The position numbers were made by a program, and so were the translations under genes. From positions 10,478,001 through 10,542,000 of the forward strand of contig NW_026889765.1 in the NCBI RefSeq assembly GCF_033153115.1: a stretch of 64,000 bases of DNA. The letters are read 5' to 3'. Source of the stretch: Saccostrea echinata (Eukaryota). This document shows, in pieces, positions 1 to 14,400 of this stretch (positions are counted from its first letter, which is position 1; every line of letters starts with the position of its first letter). The notes under the pieces are model-generated. The model did not search any database and was not told the DNA's origin. It saw only the letters and a program-made list of their open reading frames with translations.

Positions 1-209
1 CATAGAAGAATGCTAAGTTTTAAAGAATGGGGATTGGATAGTTAATGCTGGATTTGTCTTTCTACAGGGATGCTTCTTTTAATTTAAGTCCAAATCCAAC
101 TGCTACTCAACAACTACTTTTTATCAGAAATGCACTCACAATGTATTGTTTATAGCGAGGCAATAAAAACTAATATTAAAGTAAAACCTGTCGAGGAAAA
201 ACTACTCAC

Positions 210-2067
210 TGTCACAGTCTCGGATTTCTACAGATGAGATGGATATCCAGGCACTCTACAAAATAACAAGATTTTTTGTTTGTAGAACATTTTCACCGTT
301 AGTGTATAATTTCAAGTTTTGCTGACCAACAACTACAAGTAAATGACATGCATCGATTTATACTCTTCCTACGGAAACTATATATATGCATTGATTTGTA
401 AGTGCATACGTTACTGTTGTCACCGCCCACTGTTATAATTGTTATAAATGTGACAGGCAAACCGGCACATTCATTTTTATCATTCAAATTTTTCTAAACA
501 TTCTGCGAAATTTATATAATGGATCAGATAACCAAGACCGAGTTCATATCAAGTTTTATGATAATGCCCCAAACTTTGGTTTTCTATGCGCTTGCAACCA
601 ACATGCATGGGATAACAGACGCACAAGTTTTCTTACGCCACCGCAAAATATACACCTATTCCCTTTAAGTACCAACATTTGGTTGATAATTTTGGTATAC
701 AATATTACTTGCGTAAACCTATTAATTATATGTACAAAATACAAATTGCTAGAATTAGACTATCTGCACATAATCTAAATGTTGAAACTGGTAGATATGT
801 TAATGAAATTAGAAAAAACAGATTATGTAAAATGTGCTCTTTGAATGTTATCGAAGACGAATTTCATTTTATTTTACAATGTCTTTTTTATCATGACCTT
901 AGATCTGAGTATTTGAAAAAGTATTATTATAAGAAATCCAGTGTTTGGAAATTAATTCAACTTCTAAGTGTACAAAATATAATGGAACTTTGTAACCTTG
1001 GAAAATATTTATATCAAGCTTCCACTAGAAGACTGAAACATTTGTAAATTTTTAGTGTTTTATAATTACAGTTGCCTGATAGAAAACACGTCCTACATAG
1101 TTTACTTGCTATTTATTGATTATGCTCACTCTCATATTGTTATATTTTACAATATTGTATGTATGTTTATATATGTAATCTGATGTGTCGTATGACGCAA
1201 AGAAATAAAGAACTTGATACTTGATACATAAGTATATGAATGAATAAAAAAAATATAAAGCTTAAGGTCAGACGAAACTTCCTAAAATATATATATATTT
1301 TTTTCCCCCAGGAATTTGATATTGAAGTTCTCCTTCTTTAAGAAACTTCCTCATGAAAAAATTGGGGTAATACTTTACCAAGCATTTTCGCAAGATTCGG
1401 GAGGATCATTTTTCCTATATAATCCTACAAGAAATTACTTGAATTGTTTATATCACAATTTTTGGTTCATGTAATTTTCCAGAAATTTTAAAAACGGTTT
1501 AGAAATCAGAAGATATTAATAATCATAAAAGATTTTGGTATATCATGTAGAGATGCAAAATAGATATTTGAGGAACGTGTCGTCATGCAGATCTTAAGGT
1601 TCATAAACCCGCTGCTCACTCATATAATATGTTGCTTTAACTTTTATGACTTTCCGAAAGAAATGCATTTTATAAGTAAAATACAAACAATTATACCATA
1701 GCTTGCGAGGCTTTAACAAAAAAAGACATTTCAACTTGACAAAATCTATAAAGGAATAATAGTCATGTATGTCATTTAGAGTTATCTCTCTTATCAGAGT
1801 ATCGATGAACCTTAAGTAAACATGATACATGTACAGTGTACATTCCTGAGTGTGAGTTTTGTTTACATATACCTGGTGGTGGTACTGTATATGCTGCCAG
1901 GTGGCGTTAGTGTGGGGAAGGATCTGGAAACACTCCCCGATCACCGCTGTTCCTACGAAACCTGCATCACTGTTCAGGATCTGTTCTCTTGTCAGTGCGC
2001 AAGCGCAGTCTCTTGCATGCGAGTTTTGAATTACGGTAAAAATAGTAAATATCATTAATATCCACAT
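210..2067 (-). CDS. 5' part of a secreted protein gene: signal peptide plus Cys-containing, possibly SH3b-like N-terminal domain; probably continues leftward
   Basis: Coding exon 2067-1873 (MWILMIFTIFTVIQNSHARDCACALTREQ...WQHIQYHHQ|GTATAT) is preceded by the acceptor ttattccag at 2073. It joins in phase 0 to exon 255-210 (ttttgtag|SAWISISSVEIRDCD|GTGAGT). The hydrophobic N-terminus and CAC...G.C...W.HI.Y..Q.AW pattern recall molluscan SH3b-like domains (from memory, not searched). A possible non-coding exon ends at 3020 (GTGAGT). Confidence 0.55.
675..1230 (+). mobile_element. 5'-truncated non-LTR retrotransposon (RTE/RTE-X-like) 3' end
   Basis: ORF 679-1047 carries RIRLSAHNLNVETGRY and a C-terminal zinc knuckle (CKMC...EDEFHFILQC) typical of LINE ORF2 ends. 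AATAAA at 1204 is followed by a short repeat tail (CTTGATA)2. Confidence 0.8.
1262..1815. mobile_element. Two adjacent degenerate TTAA-flanked MITEs (Kolobok-like)
   Basis: TTAAGGTCAGACGAAACTTCCT (1262) pairs imperfectly with AGGAACGTGTCGTC...CTTAA (to 1597). TTAAGGTTCAT (1594) pairs with ATGAACCTTAA (to 1815). The two share the TTAA at 1594-1597. Confidence 0.4.
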
Positions 2068-5000
2068 TTTTTCTGGAATAAATAAAAAAAAAACATGCTG
2101 TTTAAAACCAAATTTGGTGTGGCATGTATGTTTTGACAACAATTATTTATCCATCAAAATAAATGCAGGATTCACATGTGTAAGAAACTACAGTAGCAGG
2201 ACCGGGGAGACTGCAACCATGCAATTGAATTTTCAGTTATTAAATTGATATAGTAAAGTAAACAAAAATGACGCTGGAGCCCATCCCTGAAAAATACGGA
2301 CCCTTGTAAATTGATAGGAAGGAAAAGCTTAATGTTCATAAGTATCCAAACCCAGCCTCCCAATCCAAGTCAGCGAAAAGTTTTTCGCTTTTGCACACTA
2401 TTTTTGCTTTGTTTTGTTTGTTGTATTTTTATTTTTTGTTTATTTAATTTTTTGTTTGCTTAAACAAAATTTCCAAGTCAGATATTTTAAGTATGTATGC
2501 AATTTGCAACCCCCATTCCCAACAGGATACAATTCTGGATCCACCCTTAAACTGGTGTTATATACATCAACTGCAGATATACATGTGCATGTGTGCATGT
2601 ATATTTTTTTTTTTACATCGAATGATTACGTCTTTATACCTATAACAGATAGCACGAGTCCATGGTCCAACGACCTTGACAACTTAGTTTTCATAACCGA
2701 ATTTGATTCGCCTGTATGCATAGCCTATACGTGAACATATATGTACAAGATGGTTAAACAGACAACTACATGCATTTTTCAGATGGAACCATGTATAATA
2801 TTGAGTGTATGTTATGGTGCTTGAAAATTATGAAAAATACACACTTTCATCTTCTTTTTGTTTTATATGGCTAGATATGCAAAATTTTTGTTATAAAATT
2901 AAAGAAATACATCTTTGAGCTACTATATGGATTTGTATAGCAAGAATGAATGGACTATATACCGACAAAAAGAAAAATTGTCTACCAGAGAAAGAGAGAG
3001 AGGACCAAACTATACTCACCGTCTTTTTTCTGTACAATTAAGTGAGATGGTTATCACATTGACAATATGAACAATAGGTATGGTGGAGAGATGGGGCAAA
3101 CTTGCCATATTTATGTCTCTGATTTAACATACCATAAAAAGAAATGTTTCAGCTGCATAACTCTAAAGATAGGACAATTTTCATAGAATTGAATTTCGGT
3201 GAAAAAAAAGAGAAAGCTTTTGGCTCTTTAGATTTTAATATTGTATAATAATGAATGTAGCTTTATCCTCCATTGTTTCAAAGCAAATTTCATTTCATGC
3301 AATTTTGCTGCAAGCAAAACTATAAAATGAAAAGATGGTGTATTTTGAACAGAATAAATGATTTCATAATACTGAGTTAAAAGGGTCTTGTTTACTGTAT
3401 AGGTAAAATTACCCATGACTTCCATTTGAGGAGTATATGCTTGAGTATGTAGTTATATTGGCTCGTATATGCAAACCCAGAAGCTCGTGTTCAATCTGTA
3501 ATTAACATAAATGCCCCTCCCCCTTTTTTTTTTTTAATTTGCAATGCTTTACATGGGAAAGAAACGCATTAATACTATATTATTTGAAAGCCTTTAGATG
3601 GCAAAGAATATTGAAGCAATCTGTCTTCCCCTTTCGACTTTTCATTGATTTTTTGTCATATGACAATACTATTTCTCCATAGAAATAACACTGCCTTATC
3701 TCATTTTAAATAGAAGTATGTCACACTGAACATTTGTGTCAAAGACGCAGATCGATGAACCCTCTAAGTCGATTAGTGTATGCCCCCTATATAAAAGTAC
3801 TGTCTTATATTGTCCACAAAAGATGCATGGTGATATCGCCACAAAAGAATTCAAAAAAAAATTCCATACATCGATATTTTCATGTAAATTATTTTTGGTT
3901 AATTGCTGTTAACTTATAATCAATAAAAAATTATTATAAAGATTTATAAAAATGATTAACGTGATCTTGAAATATTTAACCTCTTTATTACATGCGTTTT
4001 CTTTCAAGAACTCCATTGGTAAAGTAAACTTGTACATAGTAATGTACGTAGTGTAGTGGGCATAAAAGAAGACCTGTTTATTCTGTGTTCGTTGGCTTGA
4101 AAAATCATATTGTCTATCTGCCTGGAGTGTAAAACACAAAATATGTTACCTTCAATAACACATGTAATCTCATACCATTTGTTTGTATTTAGTTTGTGTG
4201 TGCGATTTGTTTCTTTTTGAAAGACAAATCAAAATAATTTGTTTGTCTCAAAATCGGAGGGGGGGGGGGAGGTTGCAGTGGAACAGACTATAGAGACAGC
4301 TAGACAGAGGATAGACACCTTACTAATGTCTAAGCCCTTCTGTTCTGTGACCTTCTGTCAAGTTCATAAAAGCAAAGAACACCGTGACACCATGCAGTAG
4401 ATGGCATTATATAAGAATGGATATTTTGACAGTATATAATTTACAGTAGCGCACTTTGGAGGAGTGTGAATTGATGTCAAGTGCTCTGCATTATTTAAGA
4501 TTTTTAGGGAACGACCACTGATTCAAAAGAGTGAGGGGTTAACACATTTTGGAAATATATACTAGTAATCTGTCCCAGAAATGTTGAAAATAAGTAAATA
4601 TGCTGTCCTCGTCGTTGAAGAAAATAAATAATCTGACCTTGACAGGGTGGTCATTTTCATTTTTTATTTCCTTGTCAACATTTTCCAGGGAAGAGAATAA
4701 TTTCTCTGTGGTCATATTGGAAATAAAAAATTCTGTCCTGCGAGGGCATAATATGACTCGACAAAATTTGCCAGCCCCCCCCCCCCCCCCCGAAAAGATT
4801 GGGTATCCATGCTCTGTCCTCAAGCACCCATGCAGATGATGATGACGGGTAGAGGTTTCTACATGTAAATTACAGCGATAATGTAGAAATAAAAAGAATT
4901 CCATTATTCTACAATACTTTCAGAAATGTGTATTTCTGTATACTAGCATTTTTTCTTGTTCATTTTATTAGCACCTTAGTCTTTATAAGCTTTTTAACAG

Positions 5001-5498
5001 CTTAAACTTACAGTTTTATGCTGTTAAAAGTGTATGCATATATGTGCAACTGATAAGAATTAAAATCCTTACTGTTTCGGCTTCCTCCCGGTCGGTTGTA
5101 AAAAGATATCATATACGAACAATTAAAACAAACAGATGATAGAAGAGGCGTAAATATACAAAAGTTTGCCATGCAGGAGCTAGGCATGTGCTAATTGTGC
5201 TTACCAAGTGTGTATGGAAAAAGCATACAAACTAAATGAGAGACAAGTTTTCTTTCTATAATTTTATTCCTGGTTTATATTTAAACTACGTTTTCAAAAA
5301 TTAGGACTTCCTCATTTTCCCAGCAAAACGTCAAATGATATAATTATTCGGAAAACAACATCTCTCTTTGAACAGGTTTTATCTTTAGTTTTCTGTAAAA
5401 ATTAGCATCGCTAAAACGCTTTTTATAAAGGAAGGTATCTAGAGAGAGAAAGTTACAATTAGATTATGATTTAGAAAAATACACGTGCGGGAGTCAAA

Positions 5499-8400
5499 AT
5501 GTCAACACACTTAAAAGAACCTTCTCTGAAGAATTTAACAGGGAAGACTTATGGAAAATTAAATCCTAAACAACATCAGGTGGGTGTGACATTCATTTCA
5601 GCAGAGAAAAGTAGCTGTCGACTTTATTGTCCCTGAATTTCAACCTTCGAGACAAGACGAGGGAGTTTTTTTTTTTTTTTTTTTTGAAGACTTTTCTACA
5701 TTATCTTTTCATATGCATTTACTTGAGTATGTTCAGGCAACACTTAAGCAGTCTGGGACACATTGCCCAAACGGGATATAGGCATAAATAACAATGCAAA
5801 AAATGGAGATCTTATTTTCTCATTAAGAAGACTGATCCGTCGGAAGATCCTAAAATTCTTGGGGATCAATCTCATAATCGCTAGGGTAATAGGAAAACTT
5901 TTTTGCCAATGTATATTTACATTATTTTTGTATATTGACAATAATTATATCCATAATAAAATTTTCCATTTATGCACTGTAAATTTTTATCCCATTTGGG
6001 ATATTATACACCAAACAGGCTATTATATCCCATTTTGCCAATTGGTCCCAACCTGTTAAATGCCCTGAATTGGCAAAGACTCACAAATGAATAAGTTTTC
6101 AGTACAAGCAGTAATATGTTGACAGTGCGACTGTGAGGGTTAGCGCAGATACTTATTCAATTTTAATTTAGATCTGCCTCTTCAAACTGCATGTGACATT
6201 TGGAATGCCTAGACTCTGATGTCACATGACATTATATATATATATGTTAGTTGCATTACCATAACAAAGTCTGAAAAGTGCAAATTTTAGCAAAGAATGC
6301 TTAGTCTACTATTTATCTGCAATATCCATTAAATCAAGGCAAGTTTCTGTTTTGGTAAGCTTTTGTAGGTACCACAAGGACGTAGTTTGCGGCAAGATAC
6401 AATTCACTAAGGATTTTGGGTCAATCCAGAGGTTACTGTGGAAAAAAAATAATTTTCAATATGCAAAGTCTGATTTTTCTCTTTGCCCAGGCGTTGTTGT
6501 TAGAGCTCACTGCGCTTGCTACGAGTTCAATATAAAAATGCATATTTCTGAAATTTTGCCGTGACATCACAGATTTATCATGTAACGGTCAGAGGTATAA
6601 CTACCATTAAAATAAGACAAAACATCATGAAGTTAAAACTGTATAGAATTCTACATGACTGGGGTCATCTTGCTTCTTTCACTAATAACAACATAAAACC
6701 ATCTTCGGTAGTCAAGTATTTCTGATTCAATCAACTCCTGACAAATCCTTGGCCTATCTTGCAATCAAACATTAGAATTGTTTAAGTCACAATATGATCT
6801 TGAATCTTAATACATCATACATATAGCTTGGGCCAAAAAATGGGGAAAAAACTGATCCTTTAAGAATATATGCAACAAGGGATGATTATTTTTTATTAAG
6901 GGTAGAAATCACTGTCTGTTTAATAAATGTGTATACCACTGTTTTAAAGAATAGTTTGTCAACTACATTTCTTTTCATTGGACTATATAGAGTCAAAAAA
7001 AATATTTTCATTCAAAGTTGTTAATGCCTTAATTGTTCGATCAACCTTATATTATAAATAACAATTGATACAAAGGTTCTTCCCTGCTTTCCATCATTTG
7101 TGACAAGATTTAAATCAACAGTATGTTGTACAGTAGATGAGAATGTGTTTTTGAAATAAATTGATAAAATATGTACAGCTATTATTTGAAATTTCAGCCA
7201 CTTCAAGATCTAACAAAACCTCACATAGATTCATTCAATGCACTGGTACATGGCGGATTAACCAGAGCAGTACAGGTATGTCTGAATTCATTAAACTCTC
7301 ATTAAGGACATACGCAATGTAGTTTGAACTTTATTGTCTTTTTCCCTGGAGTTGAAGAGTTCCAATACTCAAAGGAACTGTGTGCTGCATTTTAAGGTTT
7401 ATATATGCTGTTGTACACTTCTTCTAAAACAAGTTTGGATGAACAAAACATCTAGAATATATGTTTAGTAATTTTTGTATATTTTTCTTTGAATTATACA
7501 AGAATTTTCATCAATTGATAACTTTTCAAAACCCCTGGTAATGCATGCTGATTTTTTGTCTACAAACATCTGATGGCACTATAATCTTAAATTAAGAATA
7601 TCTTGAAAAATTATCAGTAGGTAAGGTACGTTGCGTATGTCCTTAATTATGTATGTAGCTAATTTTTTTTGTATAGAAATAAGTTTGTTTTTTTTTTGAC
7701 TGGGAGAAGGTTAAAAAAAAGTACATAGTATACCTGCATATGTAGAAAAAATTATTATATTTGGCACTCTGGGAACCTGACTTACTCCTGAATATTAATA
7801 CATGTATATTTAATAATCAAAATATTGGTGCATAGTGCATACACCAATATGGTCATCAGATTTTTGGTTTCTGTTTGCTTACCACATTAATTTTTGACAT
7901 GTTTCTTATTTCAGACAATTCCACTTGTGGAGTTTGCCTTGCCAAATGGAGACAGGGTCACACTTAAAATGCTGGTAAGAATTTGATAAAACATCCAAGA
8001 AAATGCATTGTTCTTTCGCAATCTGTTCTTTTGTATTGAAATAATAATGTTATGTATAATATTGCATGATTGCATTAAACATTCATTTCGGTAGGATGCA
8101 ACAATATCATGTCCAACAGTGGATTCAGGCAACAAATTTGCCCAGACATTAAAAGTCTACCCAGCTGAGGTGAGTTTCTGATGCACACAGCCAAAGTTAT
8201 CCTGTTGCATAAATATGAAAAAGGGAATAAGACACATTTTATGAATTTCTTAAGATTTTAGCCATAGATTGATTAGGAACTCCATAAAGAAAATAAATGA
8301 AAAGGATTGGTCATTTATTTTAAAAGATTTTCACCAAAGGAAAAAAAAATCATTGGTCACCTTTATAGTCCTTAAATGTGCAATGTAGCTCTTGAATGAT

Positions 8401-11400
8401 TATCATCTCAAATAGTTCCCTTACTGTGGCGTCCAATAATTTCAGTGTCGAGAGAGAGTCACTTCCTACTTAGGGAGTCTGAACATTGGTATGCTGTGGA
8501 AGCTGAATGGGCGAGTCCAGGACACAGTGGAAAAAAAGATAGCAGACGTCCCAATTATGGTCAAGGTCAGACATATTATATCAAATTACCCTTTATTTAT
8601 GAGTGGATATAAGGGGATTATGCTTTTTTTTATGCTTGTCAAAAAATTTCCAAGTCTGACAGATGTTAGATTTGATGTGGACCCCCTTGATGAGGATACA
8701 CACAAATGGGCCAAAATTTTTTATGCAGACATATATTTAGGCAAAAATCTTCAAGAATATTGTCTTCCAAAGAACTACTGTAACATAGCTTTTAAAAGAT
8801 TGCAAACATCTGCATGTAAGTTTATTATTGTGCAATGGCTGGACTCACAGCAAAGATCTGGTAACAAAAGAGGTTCAACAAATTTGTAAAAAAAAATATT
8901 TTCAAAAAACATTTCAGAGCCAGAAATTTTCAAATTAATATGCAAGCATCCTCTTACAGTGTAGGTTATAGTTTTAAATCACGGCCTTCTAGATTAGATT
9001 GGACCACATTTAGATTTAATGGTGAGCATATGAAGAAAGATTAGAATATCTGTTTCAAAAGCCCTTTGCCTCATAATATGATAAGAGACCCACATTTAAT
9101 GATCTTCACAGTTTTATTCAATAAGTTCTTTTATTTTCAAAGTCCGATATTTGTAACCTCAAAGGCCTTAGTCCCAAAGAGTTGGTACGGAGAGGTGAAG
9201 AGGCTGAGGTAAGGGAAATAACTCAAGCCAGGAAGACAAAGTTTGATCAAGAACATTATATCAATAATATATAAAGACAGTGGTACATGCATGTTTGGAA
9301 CTAAAATTTTAAGAATGTGTTCTTAATGATTTAATGATATGATTTAAGATATATTCATGAAGAATTTTTTGATTTATATAGTCATTCATGCGGGTGATGT
9401 ACATGTAAATGCTGTTTTATAGGAGATGGGGGGATACTTCATATGTAATGGTCTCGAGAAAATCATCCGAATGTTGATCATGCCCAGGAGGAACTTTGTA
9501 AGTGGTTAATAGATGAAAACAAATTTTAGTTCATGAATAAAAAAATATAACACAGCATAATGTAAATTCATTGACTGCTAAAAAGTTCTACCTCAGACTA
9601 TAATGGCAGCATCAGTAAAATACACATGAGCAAAATGTACATGTATTATTAAAACATTTATTTGTATGTGTACATCAAAGTGAAGAATTGTTTTTTATCA
9701 GTTTTAACAAGCAATCTTTGTTCACAGCCCATGTGTATGATAAGGCCCTCCTGGAAGAACAGGGGCAAGCAGTACACAGAGTTTGGTGTGTCACTACGCA
9801 GTGTGGGGGAGGACAACATTGGAGTGGTAAGGTCAAAAACAGGGAGGGGTTGGACAACTTTGGAGTAGTGAGGTCAAATACAGGGAGGGGTGGGAAAACA
9901 TTGAAGAGGTAAAGTCAAATACATGGAGGGGTGGGACAACATTGGAGTGGTAAGGTCAAAAACAGGGAGGGGTAGGACAACATTTGGGTGGTTAGGTCAA
10001 AAACAGGGAGGTTAGGACAACATTTGGGTGGTAAGGTAAAAAAACAGGGAGGGGTGGGACATTATTGGAGTAGTGAGGTCAAATACAGGGAGGGGTGGGA
10101 AAACACTGGAGTGGTAAGGTCAAATACAGGGAAGGGTCAGACAACATTGGAGTGGTGAGGTCAAATACAGGGAGGGGTGGGACAACATTGGAGTTGTAAG
10201 GTCAAAAACAGAGAGGGATGGGACCACATTGGAGTGGTAAGGTTAAAAACAGGGAGGGGTGGGACAACATTGGAGAGGTAAAGTCAAATACAGGGAGGGG
10301 TGGGACCACATTGGAGTGGTAAGGTCAAATACAGGGAGGGGTCAGACAACATTGGAGTGGTGAGGTCAAATACAGGGAGGGGTTAGACAACATTGGAGTG
10401 GTAAGGTTTGGGTGGTAAGGTCATGAGTGGAGATGGGGGGGGGGGAGTGACCTGCAATAACATGTATAAATCACAATTTCTTTGGCTTTACAATACATGT
10501 ACCTGCTTTTTATAAAATAAATGTGATTATGCTTCAGTACATACTTTTATTTTTACCTTAGAACAATGTCTTACACTACCTGTCCAATGGAATGGCCACA
10601 CTGTGCTTCAGTCACCTTAAAGAAATGTTCTTTGTACCAGTCATTATTATCCTTAAGGTAATATGTTAACATCATGGTGATTTCAAAGGATGTAAAATTT
10701 GAAGATTTGAGTAAAAATGTGTCATTAAGGTCAAGATCTAGTAAATGAAAGGAGCCTACAGATTTCTCAAATTAGAGAAATAAGTTCCTTTAAAGATGCT
10801 TTTTAAGTATAGCTTGGTCAAATAAGGTGTATTTTGTAGGTAAACAAGATGACAAATCATATTTTAAACTGTCTTTTTTGATGAAAAATTAATAAAATCA
10901 GTCATGAATACGGGAGTTTTTTCTTTATCGGACAAAGGAAATGTATCCAGATTGCCTACAGTCTCTCAGAGAACGGTAATTTGTTTCTTCTTATCCTCTT
11001 CTTTAAATTAATATCAAATTGAATATAGGTTTCGGGATTCATTTTCACATGATTTCAATTGAATTCTATGAAAAAACTTTATTTTCTACATTATTCTATT
11101 AGAGCCTTAAAGTGCGGGGAAAAGAACGTTTAAACTGATTATGACGTCATAATGGATCTAGCACCAAAAAAACAGTCTAAAGTCATTTACTAGATCTTGA
11201 CCTTAAAGTAAACAATCAGGAACTGAAGACAAGACAATATTAGTTTCTATTATTGGTATACATGTACATACAGTATGCACAGTATATTCTATTATTGGTA
11301 TACATGTACATACAGTATATTCTGAATCATAGGAATGGTTGGAGTTATATTGATTAACTTTTTTAATCAGTAGTGTTTCAGTTTTTTTAATTTTAATCGG

Positions 11401-14400
11401 TAGTTAGTTGCTCAGAACCAGGAATGCTATAATTTATTACATGTCCATTTGTAGGGTCTACATAATGTGACAGATAAATTTATATATGACCAACTGACCA
11501 GGGGCAAGGAACAAGACTCATTTTACAAAGGGTGAGTGGATAAGTTTAGTTTTTGTTGCAGCATACATGGAAAATGGATGATATATATGTAGACATTGAA
11601 ATTGAACTAGTAAAACACACAGGTAAGTATCTGGTTTTGGAATAATACTAATATGTGAAGTACTTCCATTTGATATATGATGATATTTTCTTTCTCCTGA
11701 TTCAAAAGTACATTTAGCAAAGGAAATTTGCAAAATCGATGAAAGCTATTATGAGTAATTGTTTACTATAGTTTTGCAAATCAAGCCAGTAATTAATTTC
11801 TTTCCTGTACTTCTTGCCTTTAAAACGTTGACATTTTACCATTTTTATGATATATCTGATTTCAGTTGTATTATAGCCATGTTACGTCATGCTCTATCAG
11901 AAAATCTCACCACACAGAAGACAGTGCTGAAGTATTTAGGGGAGTTATTCCGAGTCAAACTCAGTCTGCCTGAGTGGTACTCAGATGAGGAAGTGGGCGA
12001 GTACATGCTCAAGTGAGTACTCAGTGCAGTGAGGATACATGTATGATTTAGATATGCTGTGAAATTTAAGTATAAGTATTACAGTCAGGTGACCTATTGC
12101 TATCTGTTTTCGTCCATTGTCATGCGTTGTGTCTTAACATTTGAACATTTTTAGCTTCTTCTCTGAAACCGCTAAACCATTTCATGGCCCCAGGGTCAGG
12201 GGTTCTGGTGTTAGGACGGGGCTTTATTGATTATATAGTGAAAATGCATTAATTCTTTGAAAATCTTCTTCTCTGCTCCTGGATATTAAAGAAACTAAGA
12301 ACATAGTTATGGTGAGCATGGCTGCGTTTTCAGAAATTGTGAATTTCATGGTCCCTGGGTCAGGGTTTCTGGTGTTAGGGCGGGGCTCTATTGATTATAT
12401 AGGGAAAATGCATAAATTCTTTCAAAATCTTCTTCTCTGCTCCCGGGTATTTTTCAATCAAAGGAAGTGCATGGTTATGATATGGAAAAATGCATCTTCC
12501 AAAATTGTGAAATTCATGGCCCTTGGGTCAGGGGTTCTGGTGAGGGGGGGGGGGGGGGGCTCTATTGATTATATAGTGAAAATGCATAATTTCTTTCAAA
12601 ATATTTTTTCTACTACTGGCTATAAAGCAAAGAAACAAGTGTATAGTAATGGTGAGCAAGGGTGCTTCTTCCAGAATTGTGAGTTCATGGCCAATGGGTC
12701 AGATGTTCTGGTGTAAGGATGGGGATTTATTTATTTATTAATATAGTGAAATTGCATTTCTTTGAAAATCTTCTATGCTTCTGGGCATGTTCCAGGCAAA
12801 GAGAGTAAAAGTTTAATATGCAAGAGTATTTTTATCAGAATTTTGAACACCTGGACCATTTAGTCAAGTGTTTTGGTCCAGGCCAGGGCTCTATTAACTT
12901 GTATTCTGCTGAGCAAAGTTATTCCTATTAACTTGTATTCTGCTGAGCAAAGTTATTCCCCTTTGCCATTCACCTTTGATAATTAGACCAAATAAAAAAA
13001 TATGTGTGGTTCCTGTTACCCGACCTTTCCTATTTTATACCCCCGACCCTAAACTTTTTTTTTGCAATTTTCATATTTTTTCCAGAATTTCCCCCGATTT
13101 CCATCAATGGCTCCAGTTTAAGTTTTAGTTTCAGCAATGACAGCCTCCTTGCAAAACATAGTGCAAATGTTTAATAGTGTTAAATCCAAAGCAAGCTAGC
13201 ATGTAGGTGTCCCCTACCAATATTGACTAGTATATTATCACACCACATCTAAATGCCATTTGCAAAGCAGTGATAGGTATTATTTAGAAAAAATTAAGAA
13301 AATCATTTTGTTTAAAAAAAAAAAAAAAAATCCCTACCTACCAACCCTAATTTTTTTGGAAGTGTAACTGGAACCACACATATTTTTTTGTTTGGCCTTA
13401 TCAATGTAAGTGATGTATTTGAAAGGTTAATAGAATAAGAGAATAATGCAAGAATATTTATTCTATAATACAAAAGGACTTTCATAGTTTTAATGACTTG
13501 GAAATAATAGATGAATAATAAAAATGATACAAAATAACTTATCTTTTTAAATGTTCTTCAAAGGCCAAGAGAGGCCAATGTGAGAAGTAATAATATGGGG
13601 TTAAAAAATAGACATTTGTTAATAGTCTGCATGGTAATAGTGATAAATGGGGGACAGATAGATACTAGACCAATTATTTTGTTGATGGTAATCATACTAT
13701 TTTTCTTGCTTTTCAGCAACAAAGCTTCATTTATCATTTTATGGATCCTCTAAATTGTTGTATTGTACTCAGGTGACCGTTAAGGTCCTTGGGCCTCTTG
13801 TTTTATATTGGTGGGGTCTTTTAGTCACATTCCAAAGGGTTTTTTAACTTTAATTACTTGATTTTTTTTGTAGACGCAGTGTATGTGTACACCTAGAAAA
13901 TAATGTGGACAAATTTAACCTTTTAATGTAAGTATGCAAGCAGTAGTATACTTTGACCAATCAAAGACGTTAATATACGTGTAAACTTTACAACTGGCCA
14001 ATCAATGTCTTCTAAATAGCATATTGACTAATTCTTAAAAAAAAATTAGAGAACAGGAACACATACATGTACAAAAGCTGTATGTGATATTAATCTGGCT
14101 CAGTTTGATAGATGTTATAATGATAAAGCTGCTTCATTGTGCTAATTCTTTTTCTCTATATGTATATGATCAAGGAAGTGTTTGCATTTTGACTAGTTAA
14201 TTCTCTTTAGATACTGAGTATATGACCAGAAAGCTTTTTGCATTTTGACTAGTTACATGTAAGGGGTTATTTGTATTTTGACTAGTTAAGGGGTTATTTG
14301 TATTTTGACTAGTTAAGGGGTTATTTGAATTTTGACTAGTTAAGGGGTTATTTGAATTTTGACTAGTTTGTTGACTTTATTTTTTGTAGCTATATGACCA

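Noticed and set aside
1-61. Next exon of the minus-strand secreted gene after the acceptor-like site at 62
   Set aside because: The required phase hits a stop after six codons, so it cannot be supported as an internal exon.
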